Source: a virus (taxonomy: Duplodnaviria; Caudoviricetes). From it: a DNA stretch of 56,124 bases. The DNA lies in the IMG/VR virus record IMGVR_UViG_3300047478_000286, positions 1-56,124 of that record, one strand, 5' to 3'. Below are positions 47,929-56,055 of the stretch, one piece after another. The notes under the pieces were generated by a model, which saw nothing but the letters and a program-made list of their open reading frames with translations, did not search any database and was not told the origin of the DNA. The first letter of the stretch is position 1, and each line of letters opens with the position of its first letter. Position numbers and translations under genes: made by a program.

Positions 47929-48354
47929 ATGTCAGGCAAAATCTATTTAGGTAATTCGGAAGAGTGGGGCTCGGTTTACTTAAGCTGGCACAAGTGGGAT
48001 TGTGATTGGTATTGGGCTTTTGGTTACTTGGGTAACGTGAATTGCCACTATCACTTTGACGACTATCTTGACGGCAAACATTGGAAAGTTGAAAGTGTTT
48101 TTACATCTACCTGGATAAAGCAAGAACTTTGGTGGCTTATGCTTGACTTGTTCAAACAAGCCTACGCGTTAAAAAGAGTGGCGGAAGTTTACAGACATGG
48201 TGGGCGTGTTTCATCCAAGCCCGGCATTACTGACGCCATCAAAAGCCAAGATAAAGCCGCCATTATTAACGCTGACCTTAAAATTGTGTTAGATAAAATC
48301 AAAGAAGTTGTAATTGAGGCTAAATTAAAACTTTCACAAGCGGGTGCGGAATGA
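47929..48354 (+). CDS. Hypothetical Trp-rich protein
   Basis: WDCDWYWAFGYLG; own promoter. Confidence 0.75.
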   Translation: MSGKIYLGNSEEWGSVYLSWHKWDCDWYWAFGYLGNVNCHYHFDDYLDGKHWKVESVFTSTWIKQELWWLMLDLFKQAYALKRVAEVYRHGGRVSSKPGITDAIKSQDKAAIINADLKIVLDKIKEVVIEAKLKLSQAGAE

Positions 48355-48439
48355 CGCACACAATAGAATGCCCTAATTGCGGGCACTTGCAAAAAATAGA
48401 AACTGGGGACTTACCTAGCAATATCTTCAAACAGTAAGG

Positions 48440-48865
48440 ATGAACAAAATGGAAACGCACCACAAATTTTACATAAAAACTTATAAAAACGGCGTTATTG
48501 TGCGCGAGGTATTTCACGCAGCGCATGGGCGACCATACAATATGGACTTCAATAAAGACAAAGGCTACACAAGAGCGCAGGCAGCTTATCTAATTGGCGT
48601 TTGGAATAATCAAGCCAGGAGATATAACGAAACTGAGCCAAGAGTGGACGCTGGTGTGTATAGCTTGTTGTGGGAAAAAGAAAATGAAGTTGTAAATGCT
48701 CTCTTACCGGCATTGAGACAATACAGAGGCAACATGACGGACGATTTCATTGCTGGCTATGATAAAGAAGAGGCCGAAAAAGTTGTTGGGGGCTTGTTGG
48801 CGCAAATAAAACATTTGAATTCAAGGTTGGCTGCGATAAAAGTGGCTTTAGAGGGTTTGAAATGA
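48440..48865 (+). CDS. Hypothetical protein
   Basis: 141-aa ORF. Confidence 0.65.
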   Translation: MNKMETHHKFYIKTYKNGVIVREVFHAAHGRPYNMDFNKDKGYTRAQAAYLIGVWNNQARRYNETEPRVDAGVYSLLWEKENEVVNALLPALRQYRGNMTDDFIAGYDKEEAEKVVGGLLAQIKHLNSRLAAIKVALEGLK

Positions 48866-49071
48866 AAGCTTATCAAGAAAACTGGGTTGAATCACTTGTT
48901 GAATTCAGAACACCTTGGAATAAAGCGAACGCAATAAATAATATCTTAGGCGTTTGTTGCGAAATTATAGGCGATGACACAGGTGACACGGACTTTTTGG
49001 CTAAAGAATTGGCGACAATATTGCGACAAATGTGTATGGAAAAACTGACCGCTTTATTAACAGAGGACTGA
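48862..49071 (+). CDS. Hypothetical protein
   Basis: GAGG RBS, ATGA overlap. Confidence 0.6.
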   Translation: MKAYQENWVESLVEFRTPWNKANAINNILGVCCEIIGDDTGDTDFLAKELATILRQMCMEKLTALLTED

Positions 49072-49074
49072 ACG

Positions 49075-49239
49075 ATGGCAAAAAAGATGTGTGAGATTTG
49101 CGGAGAGAAACCAGCAACCGTGCCCGATAGGGAGCAAATTGGACAACTCGTAAACAGGGTGTGCTTGTCCTGCCACTCGCTGCGACTTGCTGGCAACATG
49201 AAGCGCATTTTTGAACTGCACGAGAAGCGCAGAGAATAG
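49075..49239 (+). CDS. Small zinc-finger protein (54 aa, not in ORF track)
   Basis: GAGGA RBS; CEIC...CLSC. Confidence 0.65.
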   Translation: MAKKMCEICGEKPATVPDREQIGQLVNRVCLSCHSLRLAGNMKRIFELHEKRRE

Positions 49240-49290
49240 AGCAAAGGTTTCTAACGCAAAGCTAACTAGATTATTAACAGGTGGTAAAGA

Positions 49291-49644
49291 ATGAGTATAT
49301 TTGACATTGAACGGATTACCCGGCACATCCCAAAGGGCGACGGCTATAACAGCGAATATGCTAACGATTTAAGTGATGCTGCCGATTGCATAAAACAACA
49401 AGCAACCGAGCTTAAGGCGTTGCGTGAACTGAATTTAGACCTTCAAGACCAGGTGCGATTATTAAATGCTCATATTGCCTCTTTGGAATACGACTGGGAT
49501 GTTATTAAAGAAACTATCACGACACTCACCCATGCCAGGTCATTTATTACTTCAAAATTAATTTCTATGCACCCTGATGGCGTAGCCCTGTATGACGAAA
49601 ATATAGAGACGTTAAAACAATTAATCAGAGAGGGCGGCGAATGA
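49291..49644 (+). CDS. Hypothetical protein with shared QQAxELxALR module
   Basis: Module repeated in the next two genes. Confidence 0.7.
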   Translation: MSIFDIERITRHIPKGDGYNSEYANDLSDAADCIKQQATELKALRELNLDLQDQVRLLNAHIASLEYDWDVIKETITTLTHARSFITSKLISMHPDGVALYDENIETLKQLIREGGE

Positions 49645-49982
49645 GCAATAACTATAAATCACCTTCGGAAGTTCCAACGTCAAAGCTGATAGAAAGGCTT
49701 AACGAATTAGCTATCCACGTTGCAAACGGTAATCATAGTGAATTTTATATGCGCATACCGGTTGAATGTGACCGGGATGCAGATATTGTTTTAAGTGAAG
49801 CGGCGAATAGGATTGAACAACAAGCCGCCGAGATTGAGGCGTTGCGTGGGTTTGCTTTGTGGTCAATAAATAACTATGACAATCAAACGTTTATTTACGA
49901 CTATCTTGATAAAGCTATTAATGCCGGGCTAATCGACGAAAACGGCAAGCCAACAGCCTTACTAACAGGGGTTAAAGAATGA
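49641..49982 (+). CDS. Hypothetical protein with shared QQAxELxALR module
   Basis: ATGA overlap. Confidence 0.7.
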   Translation: MSNNYKSPSEVPTSKLIERLNELAIHVANGNHSEFYMRIPVECDRDADIVLSEAANRIEQQAAEIEALRGFALWSINNYDNQTFIYDYLDKAINAGLIDENGKPTALLTGVKE

Positions 49983-50239
49983 TTGAAGAATACTGTAGAT
50001 GTCCAGGCTGCGGCGTATGTAGCAGCCATGCAAAAATAAAAGCAATTAAGTTAATTTCAGCCAATAAAGATAAGATTATCGAGCAACAAGCCGCCGAGCT
50101 TAAGGCGTTGCGGGGTTTTGCCGCAGCAGTTCTTGAAAAAACATTAAGTTTAACAGTAAAGAACGAGGCGTATGACTACGGATTATTAAATGATGATTAT
50201 GAATCAACGCCACTATTAACAGGGTTTAAAGATGAATAA
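49979..50239 (+). CDS. Hypothetical protein with shared QQAxELxALR module
   Basis: ATGA overlap. Confidence 0.7.
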   Translation: MIEEYCRCPGCGVCSSHAKIKAIKLISANKDKIIEQQAAELKALRGFAAAVLEKTLSLTVKNEAYDYGLLNDDYESTPLLTGFKDE

Positions 50240-50525
50240 CATCGAACCATTATGGGATTCAAAAAAAGCTCGTAAAGCTGGGTATTGTATTGTGAGCCGA
50301 AAAAAGCCGACTTTGGCTGCGCGAATAGACCGCAAGGATTGGAAAGAGTATATGGCATCGAAACACCCCGGAGGGATGGATTGGGTTAAGTTCCTAGCTA
50401 AAGATGCCGCAGATTATTACAGGCGTTGCTACAGCAAAGACATTGTGGTGGTTCCGGCGTCGTGGACAAAGAAGCTGCCGAATTCAAATGACGGGTCTAC
50501 CGAGTTTATGCCCTACGTAGAATAA
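50232..50525 (+). CDS. Hypothetical protein
   Basis: 97-aa ORF. Confidence 0.65.
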   Translation: MNNIEPLWDSKKARKAGYCIVSRKKPTLAARIDRKDWKEYMASKHPGGMDWVKFLAKDAADYYRRCYSKDIVVVPASWTKKLPNSNDGSTEFMPYVE

Positions 50526-50538
50526 ACAGGAGAAAACA

Positions 50539-50766
50539 ATGAGCAAAGATGATAACGTAATACCAATAGGCGGCTACACAAGATTACCTATTAGCCCCGA
50601 CACTGTGCTGGAGGCGGCGAAAGGGAAAGTAGAGCATTGTTTAGTGTTAGGCTTTGGCAAAGAACAAATGCTTACCTATGTTGCCTCTTCTAGCGGCGAA
50701 AAGCGGTGGCTTTTAATGGCAATAGAAGAATTTAAACACAAACTTTTAGCTGGCGGATACGACTAG
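50539..50766 (+). CDS. Hypothetical protein
   Basis: AGGAG RBS. Confidence 0.7.
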   Translation: MSKDDNVIPIGGYTRLPISPDTVLEAAKGKVEHCLVLGFGKEQMLTYVASSSGEKRWLLMAIEEFKHKLLAGGYD

Positions 50767-50788
50767 CCTTTTTTTTTGAGTATAATAA

Positions 50789-50806
50789 TCAGTAACAGAT
50801 TACTTA
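50789..50806. promoter_or_regulatory. 18-bp operator-like site just downstream of a CC-box promoter
   Basis: TCAGTAACAGATTACTTA after TAGCC-N12-TATAAT (50764-50786). Confidence 0.7.
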
Positions 50807-50829
50807 TTCTTTTTTCGGAGTTACATAAA

Positions 50830-50991
50830 ATGGCAAAAACATACATTGTGATTACAGAGGGCGGGCTAGACTCTTTGCCGATTGATAACAAGGAAGAAGC
50901 TGTTTTATGGGGCAATGAGACAAATTGCCCCTTCTCAGTTGTTGAAGACGGTTGTTTGATTGTTTATATCAGCGACTTCCCTTACTTATAA
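50830..50991 (+). CDS. Small hypothetical protein
   Basis: GGAG RBS. Confidence 0.55.
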   Translation: MAKTYIVITEGGLDSLPIDNKEEAVLWGNETNCPFSVVEDGCLIVYISDFPYL

Positions 50992-51005
50992 CACAAGAGG
51001 TTTGT

Positions 51006-51347
51006 ATGCAAAAAGAACTGTATTTAGAATTTTTAAAAGACGTAGCTGAAAAAGGCAGCGTCCAAGAAGCAGCTAAGGGCTGGGAAGTTAATTGCAATAG
51101 CGGGTGGTTGTCTTATGGAAAAAGTGACAAGGACATCCCTGGATTTTTCGACGGTTACGCGTATCGACGCAAACCCAAACCCCACCCACATGCCGAGTTA
51201 ATGGCAGAGTTTGTCAAAGACGCGCTAGAAACGTCAGAGCCCTGGGAAAGATGGGAGTATAGAGAGAAAAATAGCACGATTTGGAATAAACTTTCTTATA
51301 TGCCGTGTTGGGTTGTGAGCATGGATTATAGAAGAATACCCAGGTAG
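51006..51347 (+). CDS. Hypothetical protein with duplicated YRRxP motif
   Basis: GAGG RBS; YRRKP and YRRIP. Confidence 0.7.
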   Translation: MQKELYLEFLKDVAEKGSVQEAAKGWEVNCNSGWLSYGKSDKDIPGFFDGYAYRRKPKPHPHAELMAEFVKDALETSEPWERWEYREKNSTIWNKLSYMPCWVVSMDYRRIPR

Positions 51348-51351
51348 CCTC

Positions 51352-51831
51352 ATGGAATCGGATAACAGCAAAGAAGAAAGAACGGCGCTAATAGCGCAAT
51401 TAAAAGCCGAAGTCATGGCGCTCAAGCAAGAGGAAAGGGAGATTAACGAGTATTTGGCGAAAATACATGAAAAACAAGTAAGACTAAGAGAGATTCTTGG
51501 GTCTGGCTTTTCGGGGCCAGGGATTAAGCAGCGTAAGTTTAATGAATACAAAAACGCTCATTACCCTGTTTACCAAAAAGATACTCGTGGTTTTGATTTT
51601 GACACTGACAGCACGGTAAGGATAGTATACGTTGATGATAAGTGGGTATACACCAAAACAGACAGAATTGGAGCCGCTGTTAATAGATTTAATATCAAAA
51701 CAGGCATCAAAGCGGGAACTAGACCCAATCAAAGGTCTCCAGACCAAATTGACATTGAAAAGGCGTTAAATATTTGGGCTGCATTCGGCCCAGAAATACC
51801 AGATTTTTATAAACCATCGGAGAAAAAATGA
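51352..51831 (+). CDS. Hypothetical protein
   Basis: 159-aa ORF. Confidence 0.7.
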   Translation: MESDNSKEERTALIAQLKAEVMALKQEEREINEYLAKIHEKQVRLREILGSGFSGPGIKQRKFNEYKNAHYPVYQKDTRGFDFDTDSTVRIVYVDDKWVYTKTDRIGAAVNRFNIKTGIKAGTRPNQRSPDQIDIEKALNIWAAFGPEIPDFYKPSEKK

Positions 51832-52364
51832 AACTTACAAGACAAGAAATGTTGCAATACCTGATTCGCTTTTATGCGATTCTTGAAGAAAGGCACTCAG
51901 GGCATGTTTTTAAACAAACAGGCTTAAAGTTAGTGAAAGAAAACACAAAATACCCAAGCAAACTAAATGCTGGTAATTTTAACTTGTTGCCGTTGAATAA
52001 CAAACATCAGTCTTTTGCCTTGCGGATTGCTTTTAAATCTTATTTGTATGCCGCGTTGGATTTTAAAACTGGCAGCAAGCAAACGCAGGCCGATATTGAA
52101 GCAGGGCTTCATGGCTTTGTTAAGCTAACGTTTATTGGTGGCCCTACAATTCAACAGCCAGACTATAAACTTAAAGGGTTACCTGTTACATTAGATGACT
52201 TCTCAATAGCGGCAAAAGACTTGCCTTTTAAATTAACATTTAATGCTTATGTCGATGCCGATAATTTGATTGCTTTACTTGAAACAATTAGCAACATTGA
52301 GTATGTGCCACCTATCGTTATTAGCCCAGTTGTTTTAATAAAGAAAGCAGCGCAGGTAAAATAA
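51828..52364 (+). CDS. Hypothetical protein
   Basis: GGAG RBS, ATGA overlap. Confidence 0.7.
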   Translation: MKLTRQEMLQYLIRFYAILEERHSGHVFKQTGLKLVKENTKYPSKLNAGNFNLLPLNNKHQSFALRIAFKSYLYAALDFKTGSKQTQADIEAGLHGFVKLTFIGGPTIQQPDYKLKGLPVTLDDFSIAAKDLPFKLTFNAYVDADNLIALLETISNIEYVPPIVISPVVLIKKAAQVK

Positions 52365-52379
52365 GTAAATAAATACTTA
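52362..52379. promoter_or_regulatory. 18-bp palindromic operator-like site
   Basis: TAAGTAAATAAATACTTA, begins at a stop codon. Confidence 0.75.
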
Positions 52380-52429
52380 CAATCCTTAAAACAAGGTGTA
52401 TAATCACCTTGTGTTTTAAGCTCCTATGT

Positions 52430-52452
52430 GCCCTCGCCTAGAGGGCTTTTTT
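52430..52452 (+). terminator. Rho-independent terminator
   Basis: GCCCTC/GAGGGC plus TTTTTT. Confidence 0.75.
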
Positions 52453-52636
52453 ACAGGTTTTGTTTTAGTATCCGGCAGCGTTTCCGTCCTGGTGTATACA
52501 GTTAACCTTTGAAATATATAAACCTTTTTGTTAAAACACCGCTTTAAACAGCCGCTTACATAGCCATTTTGAGCCGTGTAAGTAGCTTATAATAATCATT
52601 AAGCAATTAGTTATATATCTTTTTCGGAGCCACACA

Positions 52637-53077
52637 ATGAAAACCAATCTATTAAAAACCTACAACAACTCTATAGACGAATACAACTACGCAATATTAC
52701 TGCAAAGGTTTAAAGCTTTTGAATTAAAAACGGGCCCAAGAATCGGGGACTTTTTAGTTTTAGAAAACGGCAACGTAAAAAGATTTACACATGACTGGGG
52801 CGCAGAAATTCAAACAACTTTATGGGGTGAAGCTGGTTCATTCTACATAGGCGGGGAAGGGTGCGTAAGTTTCTCTGGCGGTTTGGATTGTGCTTTACCT
52901 AAATCAAGCATGGAATTGACAACTGAAGTTAAAATGGGCTCGTTCTGGTTTTTCTACAGGAACGAAGTGAAGGCACATAACGGCTTGAATGTTTTAATAC
53001 CCTGCGCTGTTTGGTGCTACACAGCAACAGACTATCAAGATAAGTTAATTCATCCAGAAATATACCCTGCCATTTAG
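52637..53077 (+). CDS. Hypothetical protein
   Basis: Own promoter (52561-52593) and GGAG RBS. Confidence 0.8.
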   Translation: MKTNLLKTYNNSIDEYNYAILLQRFKAFELKTGPRIGDFLVLENGNVKRFTHDWGAEIQTTLWGEAGSFYIGGEGCVSFSGGLDCALPKSSMELTTEVKMGSFWFFYRNEVKAHNGLNVLIPCAVWCYTATDYQDKLIHPEIYPAI

Positions 53078-53149
53078 CCGCTAGTCGCCGCGTTTTGCTG
53101 TTTACAATAGCTTTCAGTTAATTGATTTTATTATCTTTTTGGAGTGCAA

Positions 53150-53602
53150 ATGAAAACCTTGACACAATCTTTCGTTAATTCTTTAAGCGCCATTAATACA
53201 GTTTCAGAATTAAAATACTTTATTGATTCAGATGACATAACTCACCATGACAGCTGTTTGTCATCGGAAAATTTCGAAGATGCCCCGTATCCAGTCGAAG
53301 AGTATGTAGGTTATTACTTTATGAATAAAGTGCCTATGTGTTTGGAGCCGAACGCTGAGCTGTTTGCCGCTATAGAAAATGTCGTGCAAAGGGTTTTTGG
53401 TGGAAACCTCAGAATTCAGCCTGAGTATTATGGTTTTGATGGATGCAGCAATGTTAAAGAATTGTGGGAAGCTTGTATGGAATTTAATGTCGTCTATGTA
53501 GGTTACGAAGAATGTAAAGAGCTAGTTGATGGTATTGTTGCTCATTACGGATTTGATTTAGTCAAATACTTTGATTTAGATGAAGTATTTGGAGTAATTT
53601 AG
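53150..53602 (+). CDS. Acidic hypothetical protein
   Basis: Own promoter (53075-53108) and GGAG RBS. Confidence 0.75.
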   Translation: MKTLTQSFVNSLSAINTVSELKYFIDSDDITHHDSCLSSENFEDAPYPVEEYVGYYFMNKVPMCLEPNAELFAAIENVVQRVFGGNLRIQPEYYGFDGCSNVKELWEACMEFNVVYVGYEECKELVDGIVAHYGFDLVKYFDLDEVFGVI

Positions 53603-53617
53603 CCGCTACTCGCCTTG

Positions 53618-53635
53618 TAAGTGACTGTATACTTA
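53618..53635. promoter_or_regulatory. 18-bp operator-like site overlapping the -10 of a CC-box promoter
   Basis: TAAGTGACTGTATACTTA within TAGCC-N5-TCGCC-N13-TATACT. Confidence 0.7.
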
Positions 53636-53678
53636 TTACACGTTGTAAATAATTCTTTTTATTTTTTGGAGTTACAAA

Positions 53679-53987
53679 ATGTCAAAATACCAAGTCCTTT
53701 CACCTGCAACTAAAGCCCTACCTATCGTGAAGACATACTTCACCACAGCCATGTTCGACGCCATTGAACTGGACTATTTTGCCGACGATTACGAGGAAAA
53801 CGAAGCCTTGATTCAGCAAGCTGTTGAGCAAAAGGTTATAGCGATGCCCCTTTTGCAAATAGCAAACTTTGCAGCAGCAGCTGTTACCGGACATGAGATT
53901 AAATACAGCGTCGATACCGACACTTTCTACATCGAAGAAAGAGACACCACAACCGACTCTTTCACTGAAATTGACTACTTTTTTTGA
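53679..53987 (+). CDS. Acidic hypothetical protein
   Basis: Own promoter and GGAG RBS. Confidence 0.75.
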   Translation: MSKYQVLSPATKALPIVKTYFTTAMFDAIELDYFADDYEENEALIQQAVEQKVIAMPLLQIANFAAAAVTGHEIKYSVDTDTFYIEERDTTTDSFTEIDYFF

Positions 53988-53999
53988 GGCGAATTTGAA

Positions 54000-54260
54000 A
54001 TGATAAGTAATGAAATGCTACTTATAGGTATTGTTGCAGGTTTTGCGTTAGGTCTACTTTACACAAAATTACCAACAAAAAAAGAAAAAAGACAAAACTT
54101 GGTAAATGCACTTGTTGATGTTAGTAAACTTGCCCTATACCAACTTTACATTGAAAATCAACAACTTGCGGAGGGCGCTGAGCCGATAAGAACCATCCAA
54201 ACCAGAATAAATTTTGAAGAAGAACAACTCCAGGTAAAAATCCAAATTGAGGTGCAGTAA
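54000..54260 (+). CDS. Membrane-anchored hypothetical protein
   Basis: N-terminal TM. Confidence 0.65.
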   Translation: MISNEMLLIGIVAGFALGLLYTKLPTKKEKRQNLVNALVDVSKLALYQLYIENQQLAEGAEPIRTIQTRINFEEEQLQVKIQIEVQ

Positions 54261-54676
54261 TGAAAATCAAAATTTTAGCCTTAGCTTTGCTTAGCGTCAC
54301 CGCCCAAGCTAAAGAAAGAGCGGTTAATATAGAGCTAGGCTCTGAAAGCATATTAACCATTTACCCCGACACTTTCGCCTATGTTGATAACGTCGGAATT
54401 GTGAAAGTTCGCTATGTAACGCCTGAAAAAGTGCATATAAACAATATCGCAATAATCGCAGAAGAGTGCGCCGCTGGCGAAGGTAGAGTCGGTATTGCCG
54501 AACTAAATGCCAGGTCACGCGAAGATATGGTATTTATGGACTGGTCTTTCGACGCAAATAACGCCCTGAAATACGCCGCCGCATTTATCTGCAATAGTTT
54601 TGATGAACTAAAGCAAGCCAAAGCAACACCAAAGGCCGGAAAATTAAACAACCCAACTCAATATTATCGTTACTAA
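54260..54676 (+). CDS. Secreted hypothetical protein
   Basis: GAGG RBS; signal peptide ending AQA. Confidence 0.75.
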   Translation: MKIKILALALLSVTAQAKERAVNIELGSESILTIYPDTFAYVDNVGIVKVRYVTPEKVHINNIAIIAEECAAGEGRVGIAELNARSREDMVFMDWSFDANNALKYAAAFICNSFDELKQAKATPKAGKLNNPTQYYRY

Positions 54677-54689
54677 TTAGGTAATCGCC

Positions 54690-54932
54690 ATGTCAAAACA
54701 TCACAAAGAAATGTATACCGAAATGGAAGCCCTTGAAGAGCGTTGCGCAAAAGAACCCAACAAAGCCTCGCCTAAAAAACACACAAACAAGGCGCTTTTT
54801 ATAGTGCGGGAGCTTTTGATAGTGTTGTTGGCTTTACTGATTGTAGTCGCAATTTTCATTAAACCTGTGCTTTTGCTTCATTTTGTAGGTTGCTATATTA
54901 TTTTAAGCACTTTAAGCAACGAAAATAAGTAA
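54690..54932 (+). CDS. Small membrane protein
   Basis: C-terminal hydrophobic helices. Confidence 0.6.
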   Translation: MSKHHKEMYTEMEALEERCAKEPNKASPKKHTNKALFIVRELLIVLLALLIVVAIFIKPVLLLHFVGCYIILSTLSNENK

Positions 54933-54984
54933 GCGCACACATATTGCTAATAAACTTTAAAAACGTCACTACGAGCTTAAAAAC

Positions 54985-55686
54985 GCGCTTAAATTGCATG
55001 TTTTCAATTTATTCTAAGCGCTATTTACAAATTCCAGCAGAGACGGCTTAAATTTTAACCGTTTCTTGCCTATGTTTTGATTTAAGACTCAGCTAAAATG
55101 TTTGTTAAAATAAGTTTTTTTAAAAAACTATGTAACAATACTTTTGCTTTCTTGTTTTAAGAAAGCCGGTTCAGCATAACGGAGGGACGATACCGCTGGC
55201 GACTGAACTGGAAGTGCCACAAGTGAGACTCAAGGTGGCAACGTGGGCTTGATAATTTTGCTAGAGCGTGAGGGGTTTTAACCGTTTTCCGGTTAACGTA
55301 AGTCTGGCATTCCTCATTTTCAAAGCATGGCGGTTTTACCGTTACTGATTTTAGAAAATAGAGTTAAGGCGAATAGGTAAAAAAACAAGTAAGTTTTATT
55401 AAGAGTTTTCTCTTTTTTATTTGTTTTCCCTATGGGTCTTAACTTGTCCTATTTTCTAGCATGTCTTTTTTAAAAGCTATTTTTAAATTTATTTAATGTT
55501 TCGCAAGGCCCTTAATTGGGCTTTTTTGTTTCTTAAGCTCTAAAAAAATTGCGCCGCGCAAAGCTAAACTTTTTTAAACAAAACCTACATAGCAGATTCA
55601 AACAAACCCGGTTAATAGCTGTTGTCGTTTAGCTTGTGGAACAAATAAGCTTTTCTCAGGCTTACCCGTTGCAGCCAATGCTTGAG
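54985..55686 (+). ncRNA. Candidate large structured non-coding RNA (boundaries uncertain)
   Basis: No ORF of 60 aa or more; at least 10 adjacent helices, with wobbles reading as G-U on the + strand. Confidence 0.5.
55505..55527 (+). terminator. Terminator-like hairpin
   Basis: AAGGCCC/GGGCTTT plus T run. Confidence 0.6.
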
Positions 55687-55743
55687 TTAGCCATTGACTA
55701 TGTTATATTTTCTTAACTTTAATTAACAAATGCCGGAACTAAT

Positions 55744-56055
55744 ATGAAAACCCAACAAGACAACTACAACGCAAGCTGTATAAAAATATTAAAGCCAGAA
55801 GAAGCCCAACAAAAATTCGGCTGGTTAATGGCACAAGAGCTGGCACAAAAATATTCAAAACCTTTAGAGTTCATTGAGCGTGGCATTGAGGCTTGTCGAA
55901 GGTCTTCCACTGCCATTGAGTTTTTTATTGCGCGTTACTTGGAAAAACAAGAAACACCACTACCACGTAATGAATTGTTAGAAGTGGCTTATTTAGAAGT
56001 CATGGCGGAACACAGAGAAGCGTTCCAAAAGTCAGGCCCAAAACGCTTAAATTAA
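55744..56055 (+). CDS. Hypothetical protein
   Basis: 103 aa with GGAA RBS. Confidence 0.7.
   Translation: MKTQQDNYNASCIKILKPEEAQQKFGWLMAQELAQKYSKPLEFIERGIEACRRSSTAIEFFIARYLEKQETPLPRNELLEVAYLEVMAEHREAFQKSGPKRLN

Noticed and set aside
4212-53635. 18-bp palindromes or the 12-bp repeats as a CRISPR array
   Set aside because: Dispersed or directly tandem, with no regular unique spacers and no cas genes
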